Shown piece after piece: positions 1-8,907 of a DNA stretch of 64,000 nucleotides. The notes under the pieces are model-generated. The model saw nothing but the letters and a program-made list of their open reading frames with translations, had not been told where the DNA came from and did not search any database. The first letter of the stretch is position 1; each line of letters begins with the position of its first letter. The position numbers and the translations under genes were made by a program. Origin of the DNA: Patescibacteria group bacterium (GTDB lineage Bacteria; Patescibacteriota; Patescibacteriia; Patescibacteriales; UBA12075); assembly GCA_022705905.1 (NCBI GenBank), contig JAKJDO010000003.1:14071-78070 (forward strand). The letters are read 5' to 3'.

Positions 1-42
1 TATGGATAATCTTGTTTTTAACAAAGGTGATCATGATTATTG

Positions 43-483
43 CTAAAACCAACCGGTCCTCATCGGATTATTAGCTATGCCGAAAATATTTTTCATAATA
101 AAGTAGACGATGGTGTAGCTGCCGAAGACAATGATCAAGCCGACAACCGCCCCAGTGATAATTTGACGGGCTTTGTTTACTCTCTCGCTCGATCCAGCTG
201 ATATTAAAAACATGAAGCCACCATAAATAAATGCTAATAAGGCCAGCGACCCCGATATTGCCCAGATGAATTTAGCCACTCTAGTTGCTAGAACGATAAA
301 ATCATTTATTTGGTAATCCCCCTTCTCATAACCTTTATCTGAAGTATCGACAATTGGCGCCTGGGCATTGGTTATACCAATCATCCCTATGAATAATAAA
401 ATAAAGGAGACAAATACGAGTAATATTATTTTTTTTCTAAACAGTTTTGACATAAAATTAGAATTATTAATTTTGTTTTTCAA
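43..483 (-). CDS. small two-TM membrane protein, TrbC/VirB2-like (type IV secretion pilin-like)
   Basis: 146-aa ORF with an N-terminal signal/TM (IILLVFVSFILLFIGMIG). Two hydrophobic helices then flank a G/S loop (AFIYGGFMFLISAGSSERVNKARQIITGAVVGLIIVF), the layout of T4SS-pilin-like proteins frequent in CPR genomes. A start at Met11 (nt 453) would remove the 17-nt overlap with the upstream gene. Confidence 0.45.
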   Translation of the reverse strand: MKNKINNSNFMSKLFRKKIILLVFVSFILLFIGMIGITNAQAPIVDTSDKGYEKGDYQINDFIVLATRVAKFIWAISGSLALLAFIYGGFMFLISAGSSERVNKARQIITGAVVGLIIVFGSYTIVYFIMKNIFGIANNPMRTGWF

Positions 484-1918
484 TTTGAGTTATTTTTTTG
501 GTAGCTCTGTTAACAGCTTCGTCGTACGATATTTTACCCGCAACAACGCTGTCGATCATTTCTTTTATGAATGTTTCTGTCGCATTGGGATCTTTTCCCT
601 CATACCAGCTTTTAGCTGTTAAAAGTTGGTCGGCGAAGACGCTTAATTCTTCATTTTCCTTTTGAGAATTTACCAAAGAGCGCAGAGCGGTTGGTCTTTT
701 CGTTTTTTCCAAGTAATTTTTTACTTGGTTTTCGTCGCTGATAAATTGGATAAAATTCCAGGCTACGGCTTGCTTTTGCTTGGCGTAAGCTGAACCCTTT
801 TGCAAATTGTCGGGGTTAGTTAATATCTTTTTAGATACAGAATAAAGCCAATAATTAGCAAAATTAACTGTCGGATTATCTTTTATTTGAGGGAAGTTGC
901 TGATTGCAAAATTTATTTTTGGCCCGTTAGCTTTTATAGTCGGGATCATATAAGAATAGCCAAAAAGCATCGCTAATTTGCCTTGCGCAAAAAGATCGGG
1001 CGAATTGGGCATTTGTTCGTTCCAACAGTAAACTTCTTTGGCTGGATTGGCGAAATCAGTATAAAAGCGCAAAGCTTCAGTGCCGGGCGCGAAATCTTTT
1101 TTAGTGCTGTTGGGCGCTTCATTAAATCTGGCGATGCCGTCGCGCATCATTGCGGAGCCGCTTTGCATCATTAAGACGGACAAAATATCAGTAGATCTTT
1201 CAATATTACTACTGCCGCCCAGAGCTACGCCTGATTGGATTATTTGTCCTTTATTGTCTTGTTTTGTTAATTTTTTTGTATATTGTTGAAAGTCGTTATC
1301 CCAATATGTCGGTGGCGATGTTATGCCGGCATTATTGAATAAGTCTTTATTGTAAAACATCGCCAAGGTGTCAACTGATAACGGCAGGCCATAAATTTTT
1401 TCAGCCATTTTTCCCGAATCATCAATCTTATCTTTGGCCACAGCGTCATGATAAACGACGTCAATAAACCTTTTTTTTAATTCTGCGACGGTTAAGCTGT
1501 TCTTAGTTTCTTTTTGCTGTATAACTTCTTTTTTGAAGGTTCCGCTGACTACCGGTCTGGCCATAGTAATTTTTTCAGGCAAGGGCGTTATCAGGCCCTG
1601 CGAATGATATTTTTCTACCCAGCTGTTGTGAACGGCAAAAATGTCAGGACCGCGATCAGTTGCGAAAGCTTCAATTAAGGCTTTTTCGTATTCGTCATAG
1701 CGAAAACGTCGATATTGTACAGTGACGTAAGGATAGATTGCCTTGTAGGTTTCTATAAAAGTTTTAAAATCATCAGAAGTGTCCCAAACCCCCCAGACAT
1801 TTAAAGTGACCGGTTGCATATAATTTAAAGTATCTTGATTTGTTCCCTTCATGATCGTGCAACCAGGCAGAAAAAGAGAAGTTAGCAAAATTATTACAAA
1901 TATTTTTTTCTTAGCCAT
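467..1918 (-). CDS. ABC-transporter extracellular solute-binding lipoprotein (family 1, sugar-type)
   Basis: 483 aa with a lipobox (LFLPGC) after the signal peptide and overall SBP_bac_1-like sequence. No permease or ATPase gene is adjacent in the window. Confidence 0.8.
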   Translation of the reverse strand: MAKKKIFVIILLTSLFLPGCTIMKGTNQDTLNYMQPVTLNVWGVWDTSDDFKTFIETYKAIYPYVTVQYRRFRYDEYEKALIEAFATDRGPDIFAVHNSWVEKYHSQGLITPLPEKITMARPVVSGTFKKEVIQQKETKNSLTVAELKKRFIDVVYHDAVAKDKIDDSGKMAEKIYGLPLSVDTLAMFYNKDLFNNAGITSPPTYWDNDFQQYTKKLTKQDNKGQIIQSGVALGGSSNIERSTDILSVLMMQSGSAMMRDGIARFNEAPNSTKKDFAPGTEALRFYTDFANPAKEVYCWNEQMPNSPDLFAQGKLAMLFGYSYMIPTIKANGPKINFAISNFPQIKDNPTVNFANYWLYSVSKKILTNPDNLQKGSAYAKQKQAVAWNFIQFISDENQVKNYLEKTKRPTALRSLVNSQKENEELSVFADQLLTAKSWYEGKDPNATETFIKEMIDSVVAGKISYDEAVNRATKKITQIEKQN

Positions 1919-1991
1919 ATTTTTAAGATTAATCTAGATTAATTTTAGCGGTCTTATTTAATTATACCAGGTTTGTTATATTTTTGCATTA

Positions 1992-3512
1992 TTATTCAAT
2001 TTTTGGTCGGTATTGTAAAGCTTCAGCCACATGTTTAGCGGATAATTGCTCAACCGCCTCTAGATCGGCTATGGTGCGCGCTAGCTTTAATATACGAAAA
2101 TAGGCTCTGGCTGATAGATGAAGCTGTTCGACTGCGTTTTTTAGTATTTGCTGAGAGCTACTGTCGATTTGACAAAAATTTTTAGCAGCCTCTGAATTCA
2201 TTTCCGAATTGGTAATAAAGTTTGCGCTTTTAAATCTTTGTCTTTGTATTTCTCTGGCTTGTTCAATTCTTGATTTTATAGCTATTGAATTTTCACCTGG
2301 AGCAACAGAAGATAGTTTCTCAAAATCAAGGCGCGGCACCTCAATATGTAAATCAATACGATCAAGAATGGGGCCTGATATTTTTTTCCGATAGTTTATT
2401 ATTTGAGAAGGCGAACAAATACATTTTTTACCCGTGTCACCGTAAAAGCCGCAAGGGCAAGGATTCATGGCGGCTACCATCATAAATTTTGCTGGGAAAG
2501 TTAAATTGCCGGCAGCTCGACTGACGTTTATAACCCCATCTTCTAAGGGTTGGCGTAAATTTTCTAAGACTTGGCGGGGAAATTCAGCAAATTCGTCTAA
2601 GAATAAAACGCCGCGATGGGCGAGAGATATTTCCCCTGGCCTTGGCCAGGCACCGCCGCCAACCAACGCGACCCCAGAGGCGGTGTGGTGCGGCGAACGA
2701 AAGGGACGAGAAGTTATTAATGCATCGCCAGATGGCAATAATCCGGCCACACTGTATAATTTCGTTATTTCCAAGGCTTCATTTAGGGTTAAGTTCGGCA
2801 GAATTGACGGCATTGTTCTAGCGATTAAAGTTTTTCCAGAGCCAGGAGGCCCGCTCATTAGCATATTGTGGGCGCCAGCGGCGGCAATTTCCATAGCGCG
2901 TTTTACGTGCTCTTGGCCGCGAATGTGGGCCATATCAAAAATAATTTTATTATTAGAAAAATCAAAGTTAGATTCCGGCGTTTCCGAAATATTATTTTGT
3001 CCTTCAAGGTGTTCAACAAGTTCTTTTAGATTTTTGACAGGAATAACTGCCAATTCTTTTACCAGCTTTGCCTCTTGGGCGTTGGCGGGTGGAACAAAAA
3101 GGGTGTTAATTCCTTTATGTTTGGCGTGAACGGCTATCGACAAAACGCCATTAACCGAGCGCAGGTCGCCATTTAGAGCCAATTCCCCTAAAAATATAAT
3201 TTTATCTAGAGGCTGCACGGTAATAATTTTATTAGTAGCCACCAAGACGCTGACGGCAATTGCCAGATCGTAGCTAGGCCCGTGTTTTTTTAAATCAGCT
3301 GGTGCTAAATTGACAGTAACTTTTCTTTTTGGGAAATCAAAGCCAGAATTTTTAACAGCACTGCGGACTCGCTCGCGTGATTCCTGGACAGCTGCATCTG
3401 GTAAACCGACAATCGCGATTAATCCCATGTCGCCGCCACCGACATCGGCCTCTACCTCAACTATTTCCGCCTCCAGACCGATAACTGCCGCTGATAATAT
3501 TTTTGAAGACAT
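1992..3512 (-). CDS. comM: YifB/ComM family Mg-chelatase-like AAA+ ATPase
   Basis: 506 aa. Lon-like N-domain, Walker A GPPGSGKT, LFLDEFAEF Walker B region, Cys cluster CPCG..C.C, and a C-terminal ChlI-like helix bundle. Confidence 0.9.
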   Translation of the reverse strand: MSSKILSAAVIGLEAEIVEVEADVGGGDMGLIAIVGLPDAAVQESRERVRSAVKNSGFDFPKRKVTVNLAPADLKKHGPSYDLAIAVSVLVATNKIITVQPLDKIIFLGELALNGDLRSVNGVLSIAVHAKHKGINTLFVPPANAQEAKLVKELAVIPVKNLKELVEHLEGQNNISETPESNFDFSNNKIIFDMAHIRGQEHVKRAMEIAAAGAHNMLMSGPPGSGKTLIARTMPSILPNLTLNEALEITKLYSVAGLLPSGDALITSRPFRSPHHTASGVALVGGGAWPRPGEISLAHRGVLFLDEFAEFPRQVLENLRQPLEDGVINVSRAAGNLTFPAKFMMVAAMNPCPCGFYGDTGKKCICSPSQIINYRKKISGPILDRIDLHIEVPRLDFEKLSSVAPGENSIAIKSRIEQAREIQRQRFKSANFITNSEMNSEAAKNFCQIDSSSQQILKNAVEQLHLSARAYFRILKLARTIADLEAVEQLSAKHVAEALQYRPKIE

Positions 3513-3739
3513 ATGTTAATGCATTATAATTTTTATTATACCATAGAGTTTTTATTTATTTTATATTTTTTTATTTCAGTAAAACATGCGAAGTTTTTTA
3601 TTTTAAAATTATTAGATTAAATCATTAAACATTGTTTGAAAATTAGTAAATTGCAGGTTGCAAATTATCAACTTAAACTATGTCTCCAAATATGGTAGAA
3701 TTATTTTAATAAGAGCTTAACAATAAAGTTTAATAATTT

Positions 3740-4792
3740 ATGTATAATAATATGAAAAAAGTGTTGTTGCAAAGTTTAATTATCGCTTTAATTCCACTAG
3801 GTTTATTCTTTTGTTTGTATAAAATTGTATTAGCTGAGGATTTGTCGGCGCAGTTAAAAGGCCGAATCCTTTTGCAAGTTGAGTCGCATGGAGAGGCTTG
3901 GTATATCAACCCTGATAACGGGCAGAGGTACTATCTTGGCCGTCCGGCCGACGCCTTTAATTTGATGCGAACATTAGGGCTTGGTATTAGCAATGCCGAC
4001 TTTGATAAATACAGTGGAGCGGCGCCAAAAAGATTGGCAGGAAAAATTTTATTAAAAGTGCAAGACAAAGGGCAGGCTTATTATGTAAATCCAGTTGATT
4101 TAAAATTTCACTATCTTGGCCGTCCGGCCGACGCCTTTGCAATTATGAAAATGTTAGGGCTAGGAATAAGCAACCAAAATTTGAATAAAATAGCTGTTCG
4201 ATCGGGCTTTGGACAAACAAAGAGTCAGAGCCAAACGGAACAAGAAAATAGCAATCAAGACATCCAGAATGGATTATTGAACGGTAATGGTCAAAGCGAC
4301 GGCGCTGGCGTAGTTATTGAAAATATTGCCACCTCGACGGAAGATGTGGCCACTTCTACAAATAAAAACGAAACGGGGGAAGTTGATTCTGAAACAGCAA
4401 CCACCACCACTTGCTACTTTAAAGGAGAATATTTTCGCAATACGAATTTGATTGGCGACGCTAATTTAGTTGTTGAGAATGAAAAAATAAATTTTGACTG
4501 GGGAAAATCATTAGGACCGACTGGCTTAGGAAGAACCGATAATTTTTCTGCTCGTTGGACTGCCAGTTGCTATTTTGATGGCGCTACTTATGAATTTACG
4601 GCCACATTTGATGATGGCATGATCGTTTATTTAGACGACGAACCGATCATAACTTCTTGGCGAGATAATGTTCTGACAAAAACTATGGAAAAAGAAATGG
4701 TAATAACGGCGGGACAACATGACATTAGGGTTGAGTACTATAAGTTGGATAATTTCGGCGTCGCCAGGTTAAGTTGGGAAAATGTGCAATAA
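3740..4792 (+). CDS. secreted protein with two tandem ~60-aa repeats and a C-terminal PA14 domain
   Basis: Signal/TM at the N-terminus. The repeat L.G.ILL.V...G.A.Y.NP.....YLGRPADAF..M..LGLGISN occurs twice. The C-terminus (YFKGEYFRN..FDWG..FSARWT..DDGMIVYLDDE) matches the PA14 pattern. Confidence 0.75.
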   Translation: MYNNMKKVLLQSLIIALIPLGLFFCLYKIVLAEDLSAQLKGRILLQVESHGEAWYINPDNGQRYYLGRPADAFNLMRTLGLGISNADFDKYSGAAPKRLAGKILLKVQDKGQAYYVNPVDLKFHYLGRPADAFAIMKMLGLGISNQNLNKIAVRSGFGQTKSQSQTEQENSNQDIQNGLLNGNGQSDGAGVVIENIATSTEDVATSTNKNETGEVDSETATTTTCYFKGEYFRNTNLIGDANLVVENEKINFDWGKSLGPTGLGRTDNFSARWTASCYFDGATYEFTATFDDGMIVYLDDEPIITSWRDNVLTKTMEKEMVITAGQHDIRVEYYKLDNFGVARLSWENVQ

Positions 4793-4814
4793 ATTTTGAC
4801 AAATTGTTAATGAT

Positions 4815-4844
4815 AAAAAAGAAGGCCCTTTTGGCCTTCTTTTT
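4815..4844. terminator. bidirectional intrinsic terminator between convergent genes
   Basis: GAAGGCC/GGCCTTC stem (4821-27 / 4833-39) flanked by an A-run and a T-run. Confidence 0.7.
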
Positions 4845-4855
4845 AGTTATAGTAA

Positions 4856-5548
4856 TTATTCGATTATAGTTCCTTTGAATTTTTTATTTTCCAAGCATTT
4901 TTTAAGGTTTTTTAGTTTTTTGCCATTTAAAATGACAACTTTTATTTTTAGATTTTCAGCTTGACGGGAGGCGATTGGATCGAAGGGCGTACTTAAACCC
5001 GGCCGCCATTTATCTCCGACTAATTTGCGAAATTCTTTCCAGCTGGTTTTGGTTATTTTTTTGGCATTTTTAAATTCGCGCGGGTCTTTGTCGTAAGCGT
5101 AGTCAATGTTTGACAAGTTAATCAAATTTTTAATTTTGTATTCTTTGGCAATTGTCGTAGCGACAAAATCAGTTGACCAGCCTGGCCGCCAGCCGCCGCC
5201 AACTATAATATTTTTTTTAGTTTTTATCTTAATAGTCGGATCTTTAATTATTTCTGGATAGGCTTGTGCGCGGAAGATTGATTTGATAAGTATGGCATTT
5301 AAGTGTGTCGCTTGTATGCCCATCCAATCCAGATCCTCCGTAGAAGGATGAGTGACATTTTTAGAGGCAGTTTGATAAATTCTAGCCGTTGCGCCGCCGC
5401 CAGTAATAATAAAGAAGCGCTTATTTTTTTTAATTTCATTTAAAATTAAAGCGCGGAATTTTTTTAAAAATTTCCAATCAATGCCAGCTGGCGGAGCGAT
5501 TAGAGAACCGCCGAGGGAAAGAATATAAGTTTGAGGTTTAGTAGTCAT
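4856..5548 (-). CDS. pyrH: amino-acid-kinase fold protein, archaeal-type UMP kinase-like
   Basis: 230 aa. LSLGGSLI, ITGGGATAR and VGGGWRPGWSTD motifs, with length typical of archaeal-type uridylate kinases. Confidence 0.55.
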   Translation of the reverse strand: MTTKPQTYILSLGGSLIAPPAGIDWKFLKKFRALILNEIKKNKRFFIITGGGATARIYQTASKNVTHPSTEDLDWMGIQATHLNAILIKSIFRAQAYPEIIKDPTIKIKTKKNIIVGGGWRPGWSTDFVATTIAKEYKIKNLINLSNIDYAYDKDPREFKNAKKITKTSWKEFRKLVGDKWRPGLSTPFDPIASRQAENLKIKVVILNGKKLKNLKKCLENKKFKGTIIE

Positions 5549-5596
5549 ATTATATTTTATTCAATTCTTTACTAAATATTAGCATTTTTAATAAAA

Positions 5597-5620
5597 TAAA
5601 ACCAGCTGCAGCTGGTTTTT
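5597..5620. terminator. intrinsic terminator hairpin
   Basis: AAAACCAGCTGCAGCTGGTTTTT, a perfect palindrome with A/T runs on both sides. It lies downstream of tRNA-Leu and the GC-rich element on the minus strand. Confidence 0.6.
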
Positions 5621-5708
5621 GCGCACATGGAGGGGCCTGCCTGCCGGTCGGCAGTCTCGGATTCTCATTGTATTGCTTCATTCTGCCTAGGCGGGTGACG
5701 TGCCTTGC
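5621..5708. repeat. GC-rich palindromic intergenic element (CCTGCCTGCC-N4-GGCAG family member)
   Basis: CCTGCCTGCCggtcGGCAG..ATTCTC..TCATTCTG matches the core and flanks of the elements at 8788-8904, 25295-25378 and 39691-39734. Confidence 0.5.
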
Positions 5709-5726
5709 TTTTAATTATTGAAAAAG

Positions 5727-5808
5727 TGCGGATGGAGAGACTCGAACTCTCATGAGTTTCCTCGCATGCTCCTAAGGCATGTGCGTCTACCAGTTTCGCC
5801 ACATCCGC
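5727..5808 (-). tRNA. tRNA-Leu (anticodon UAG), long variable arm
   Basis: Manual cloverleaf: acceptor GCGGATG/CATCCGC, anticodon stem CATGC/GCATG with loop CTTAGGA, variable arm GAG-GAAA-CTC, T-arm GAGAG-TTCGAGT-CTCTC, discriminator A. No encoded CCA. Confidence 0.9.
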
Positions 5809-5940
5809 ATAACTGTTTTTATTTTTATCTTATTTGATAGAAAATGTCAATTATTTTGTTGGCTATGACTTTTTATGTTATAATGAATTTATTAGTTTAT
5901 AAAATTAAAGACAACTCACCAAGGTTGTTAAGAAATTTTT

Positions 5941-8325
5941 ATGTCAAAATTTATTAAATTTTTTGATGAACTAGGAATTAAAGACGTGCCACAAGTTGGC
6001 GGCAAAAATGCGTCGCTGGGAGAAATGTATCGCAAACTAACCAGTAAAGGCGTGCGCGTACCCAATGGTTTTGCGACTACGGCTTGCGCCTATGATTATT
6101 TTATGAAAGAAGCTGGGCTAAAAGACAAGATTCGAGATATTTTAAAAGGTTTAGACACCCATAACGTTCGCGATCTAATGGTAAGAGGCGATAAAGTTCG
6201 TAAATTAATCATCGCTACCGAATTTCCAGAAGACTTTAAAAAAGAAATAGTAGGCGCTTATAAAAAATTATCTAAGGAGTATGAAAGTAATAAAGTAGAT
6301 GTAGCGGTCCGCTCTTCAGCAACGGCTGAAGATTTGCCAGATGCTTCCTTTGCTGGACAGCAGGAAACTTATCTAAATATCCGTGGCGAGGAATATCTGC
6401 TGTTAGCTGTAAAAAAATGCATAGCTTCTTTATTTACAAATCGAGCGATTTCTTATCGTTTTGATAAAAAGTTTGACCATTTTAGCATTGCTTTGTCGGT
6501 TGGCGTTCAGAAAATGATCCGCTCTGATGTTGGATCTTCGGGCGTGATGTTCTCAATTGATACGGAGTCCGGTTTTAAGAATGCCGTTTTAGTTAATTCA
6601 ATTTATGGTTTAGGCGAGAATATAGTTCAGGGCAAAGTTAATCCGGATGAGTTTTATGTCTTTAAACCAACACGAGCAATTATTTCTAGAAAAATCGGCA
6701 AGAAGGCTTTGCGCATGATTTATAATAGCGATCCTAAACGTCCCGTTAAAGATGTTAAAGTATCTGTGGCTGAGCAACACAAACAATCAATTACTGACGA
6801 ACAAGTTTTGCAATTAGCTGATTGGGCTATGCTGATAGAAAAGCATTATAACAAACCGATGGATATGGAATGGGCATTAGATGGGAAGGACGGCAAACTA
6901 TATATTATTCAAGCGCGCCCGGAAACAGTCCAGAGTCAGCGCGACCCGAATATTATTGAAAAATATAGTTTAAGTAAGAAAGGGAAAATAATATTATCGG
7001 GCCAAAGCGTGGGTGATAAAATTGGTGCTGGCGAAGTGAACCGTATTATGGACGTAAAAGACATCCATAAATTTAAAAAAGGTCAAGTGCTCGTGACAGA
7101 CATGACCGATCCAGATTGGGAGCCTATTATGAAAATCGCGTCAGCCATTGTTACTGATAAAGGCGGACGTACTTGTCACGCGGCAATTATTTCCCGTGAA
7201 ATGGGGATTCCCTGTATAGTTGGTTCAAACGTCGCTTCTCGAGTTTTAAAGTCAGGCAAAAAAGTGACAATTAGCTGTGCTGAGGGTGAAATCGGCAATG
7301 TTTATGATGGCATTTTAGAATTCCAGGTCAAGAAGATTAACGTTAAAAGTTTAAAGAAGCCAAAAACGAAAATTATGATGAACGTTGGCAATCCAGACTC
7401 TGCTTTTAGCACTTCGTTTATTCCGAATGATGGAGTGGGACTAGCTCGTTTAGAATTTATTATCAATACTTATATAAAAATTCATCCATTGGTCTTGATC
7501 GATTACGCCAAGATTAAAGATGAAAAGTTGAAAAAGGAAATTGATGAGATTACGGTCGGCTATGAGGACAAAAAACAATTTTTTGTTGATAAATTGGCTG
7601 AAGGTGTTGGCACGATTGCCGCCGCGTTTTATCCGAAAGATGTTATTGTGCGTTTGTCTGATTTTAAAACTAATGAATACGCTAATTTAATCGGCGGTAC
7701 TGGTTATGAACCAGTTGAATCAAATCCGATGATCGGTTGGCGCGGCGCTAGTCGTTATTATACGCCGAAATTTGTGCCAGCGTTTGAGCTTGAATGCCAA
7801 GCTTTAAAAAAAGTCCGTGATGATATGGGGCTGACGAATTTAAAAATCATGATTCCTTTTTGCCGCACAGTTGAAGAAGGTAAAAAAGTAAAAGGCATTA
7901 TGGCCAAGCACGGCTTAAAGCAAGGCAAAAACGGATTAGAAATTTATGTCATGGCTGAAATACCGTCTAATATAATTTTAGCTCATAAATTTGCGGAAGA
8001 GTTTGACGGATTCTCAATTGGTTCAAACGACTTGACGCAACTAACGCTCGGCATTGATCGTGATTCCGGTGGCTCACTGGTTGTTGAAGGTGTATCAAAT
8101 GAGAAAAACGAAGCTGTTAAAACTTTGATTAAATATTTAATTGAAGTCGGTAAAGCCACAAAAACGAAAGTCGGCATCTGCGGCCAAGGCCCAAGCGACT
8201 TTCCGGATTTTGCCCAATTTTTAGTAGAGTGTGGCATTGATTCAATTTCTTTAATTCCGGATACAGTAATTAGCACTTCAATGGCGATTGTAAAGAAAGA
8301 AGAAGAACTGAGGAAAAAGAAATAA
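5941..8325 (+). CDS. ppsA: phosphoenolpyruvate synthase (pyruvate, water dikinase)
   Basis: 794 aa. ATP-grasp N-domain, phospho-His swivel motif GGRTCHAAIISRE, and a C-terminal PEP-utilising TIM barrel (GSNDLTQ, CGQ). Confidence 0.92.
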   Translation: MSKFIKFFDELGIKDVPQVGGKNASLGEMYRKLTSKGVRVPNGFATTACAYDYFMKEAGLKDKIRDILKGLDTHNVRDLMVRGDKVRKLIIATEFPEDFKKEIVGAYKKLSKEYESNKVDVAVRSSATAEDLPDASFAGQQETYLNIRGEEYLLLAVKKCIASLFTNRAISYRFDKKFDHFSIALSVGVQKMIRSDVGSSGVMFSIDTESGFKNAVLVNSIYGLGENIVQGKVNPDEFYVFKPTRAIISRKIGKKALRMIYNSDPKRPVKDVKVSVAEQHKQSITDEQVLQLADWAMLIEKHYNKPMDMEWALDGKDGKLYIIQARPETVQSQRDPNIIEKYSLSKKGKIILSGQSVGDKIGAGEVNRIMDVKDIHKFKKGQVLVTDMTDPDWEPIMKIASAIVTDKGGRTCHAAIISREMGIPCIVGSNVASRVLKSGKKVTISCAEGEIGNVYDGILEFQVKKINVKSLKKPKTKIMMNVGNPDSAFSTSFIPNDGVGLARLEFIINTYIKIHPLVLIDYAKIKDEKLKKEIDEITVGYEDKKQFFVDKLAEGVGTIAAAFYPKDVIVRLSDFKTNEYANLIGGTGYEPVESNPMIGWRGASRYYTPKFVPAFELECQALKKVRDDMGLTNLKIMIPFCRTVEEGKKVKGIMAKHGLKQGKNGLEIYVMAEIPSNIILAHKFAEEFDGFSIGSNDLTQLTLGIDRDSGGSLVVEGVSNEKNEAVKTLIKYLIEVGKATKTKVGICGQGPSDFPDFAQFLVECGIDSISLIPDTVISTSMAIVKKEEELRKKK

Positions 8326-8348
8326 AATAGGTTGTAATTGAAAAATAT

Positions 8349-8378
8349 AAAAGAAGGTGGTATAACCGCCTTCTTTTG
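8349..8378. terminator. intrinsic terminator between convergent ppsA and dksA-like gene
   Basis: GAAGGTGG/CCGCCTTC stem followed by a T-run. Confidence 0.6.
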
Positions 8379-8396
8379 TTGTATAAATACAAAAAA

Positions 8397-8723
8397 TTAT
8401 TGTTTACAACTCCGGCAGTGTTCTGCCCAAGGTTCTTTTTCTAAATCTTCCTCACTAATTTCCGCTCCGCAAATTAAGCAGCGGCCGTAAGTTCCGTCTT
8501 TAATTCTAAGTAAAGCATCGTCAATTTTTGCTAGAATATTTTTATGTACCGCTAAAAGTTGCTCTTCTAATAAATCTTCAGTTGCATCGTTGCTTAAATC
8601 TTCAATGTCCGGATTGTCCATTGGTTCTTCCGGAGTTTTTAATTTTTTTATTTCAGCTTCCACCCGCTCTTTTTCTTCAATTAGACGGGTTTGCATTTTT
8701 TCTATAAAATTTTGATCTAACAT
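8397..8723 (-). CDS. DksA/TraR-family C4 zinc-finger protein
   Basis: 108 aa. Coiled-coil N-part and C-terminal CLIC-x17-CRSC four-Cys finger. Confidence 0.75.
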   Translation of the reverse strand: MLDQNFIEKMQTRLIEEKERVEAEIKKLKTPEEPMDNPDIEDLSNDATEDLLEEQLLAVHKNILAKIDDALLRIKDGTYGRCLICGAEISEEDLEKEPWAEHCRSCKQ

Positions 8724-8787
8724 AATATTTTGTTATTTTACCTATTTACAATTATCTCTTTTTCTTGTAAAAAAGTAAAGAGCCGTT

Positions 8788-8904
8788 GTCATTCTGAGCG
8801 CCTGCCTGCCAGCAGGCAGCGAAGAATCTCTGGTGTGGTGGTAGAGAATCTTCATGTGAAATAACCTGAGATCCTTCACTCCGCTACACTTCGTTCAGGA
8901 TGAC
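8788..8904. repeat. 117-bp imperfect palindromic element (GTCATYCTGARCG ... GAAGRATCTC arms)
   Basis: The left arm is GTCATTCTGAGCG-CCTGCCTGCCAGCAGGCAG-CGAAGAATCTCTGG. The reverse complement of the right arm is GTCATCCTGAACG-..-GAAGGATCTCAGG. The element ends 3 nt from the tsaD stop codon. Confidence 0.7.
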
Positions 8905-8907
8905 AAG

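Noticed and set aside
5621-5708. Possible small SRP (4.5S) RNA co-transcribed with tRNA-Leu: long GC-rich hairpin followed by a terminator.
   Set aside because: The conserved helix-8 sequence (GNAR tetraloop followed by GGAAGCAGC) is absent on both strands. The segment shares the CCTGCCTGCC-N4-GGCAG core and flanks of the dispersed palindromic repeat family, so it is better explained as a repeat copy.
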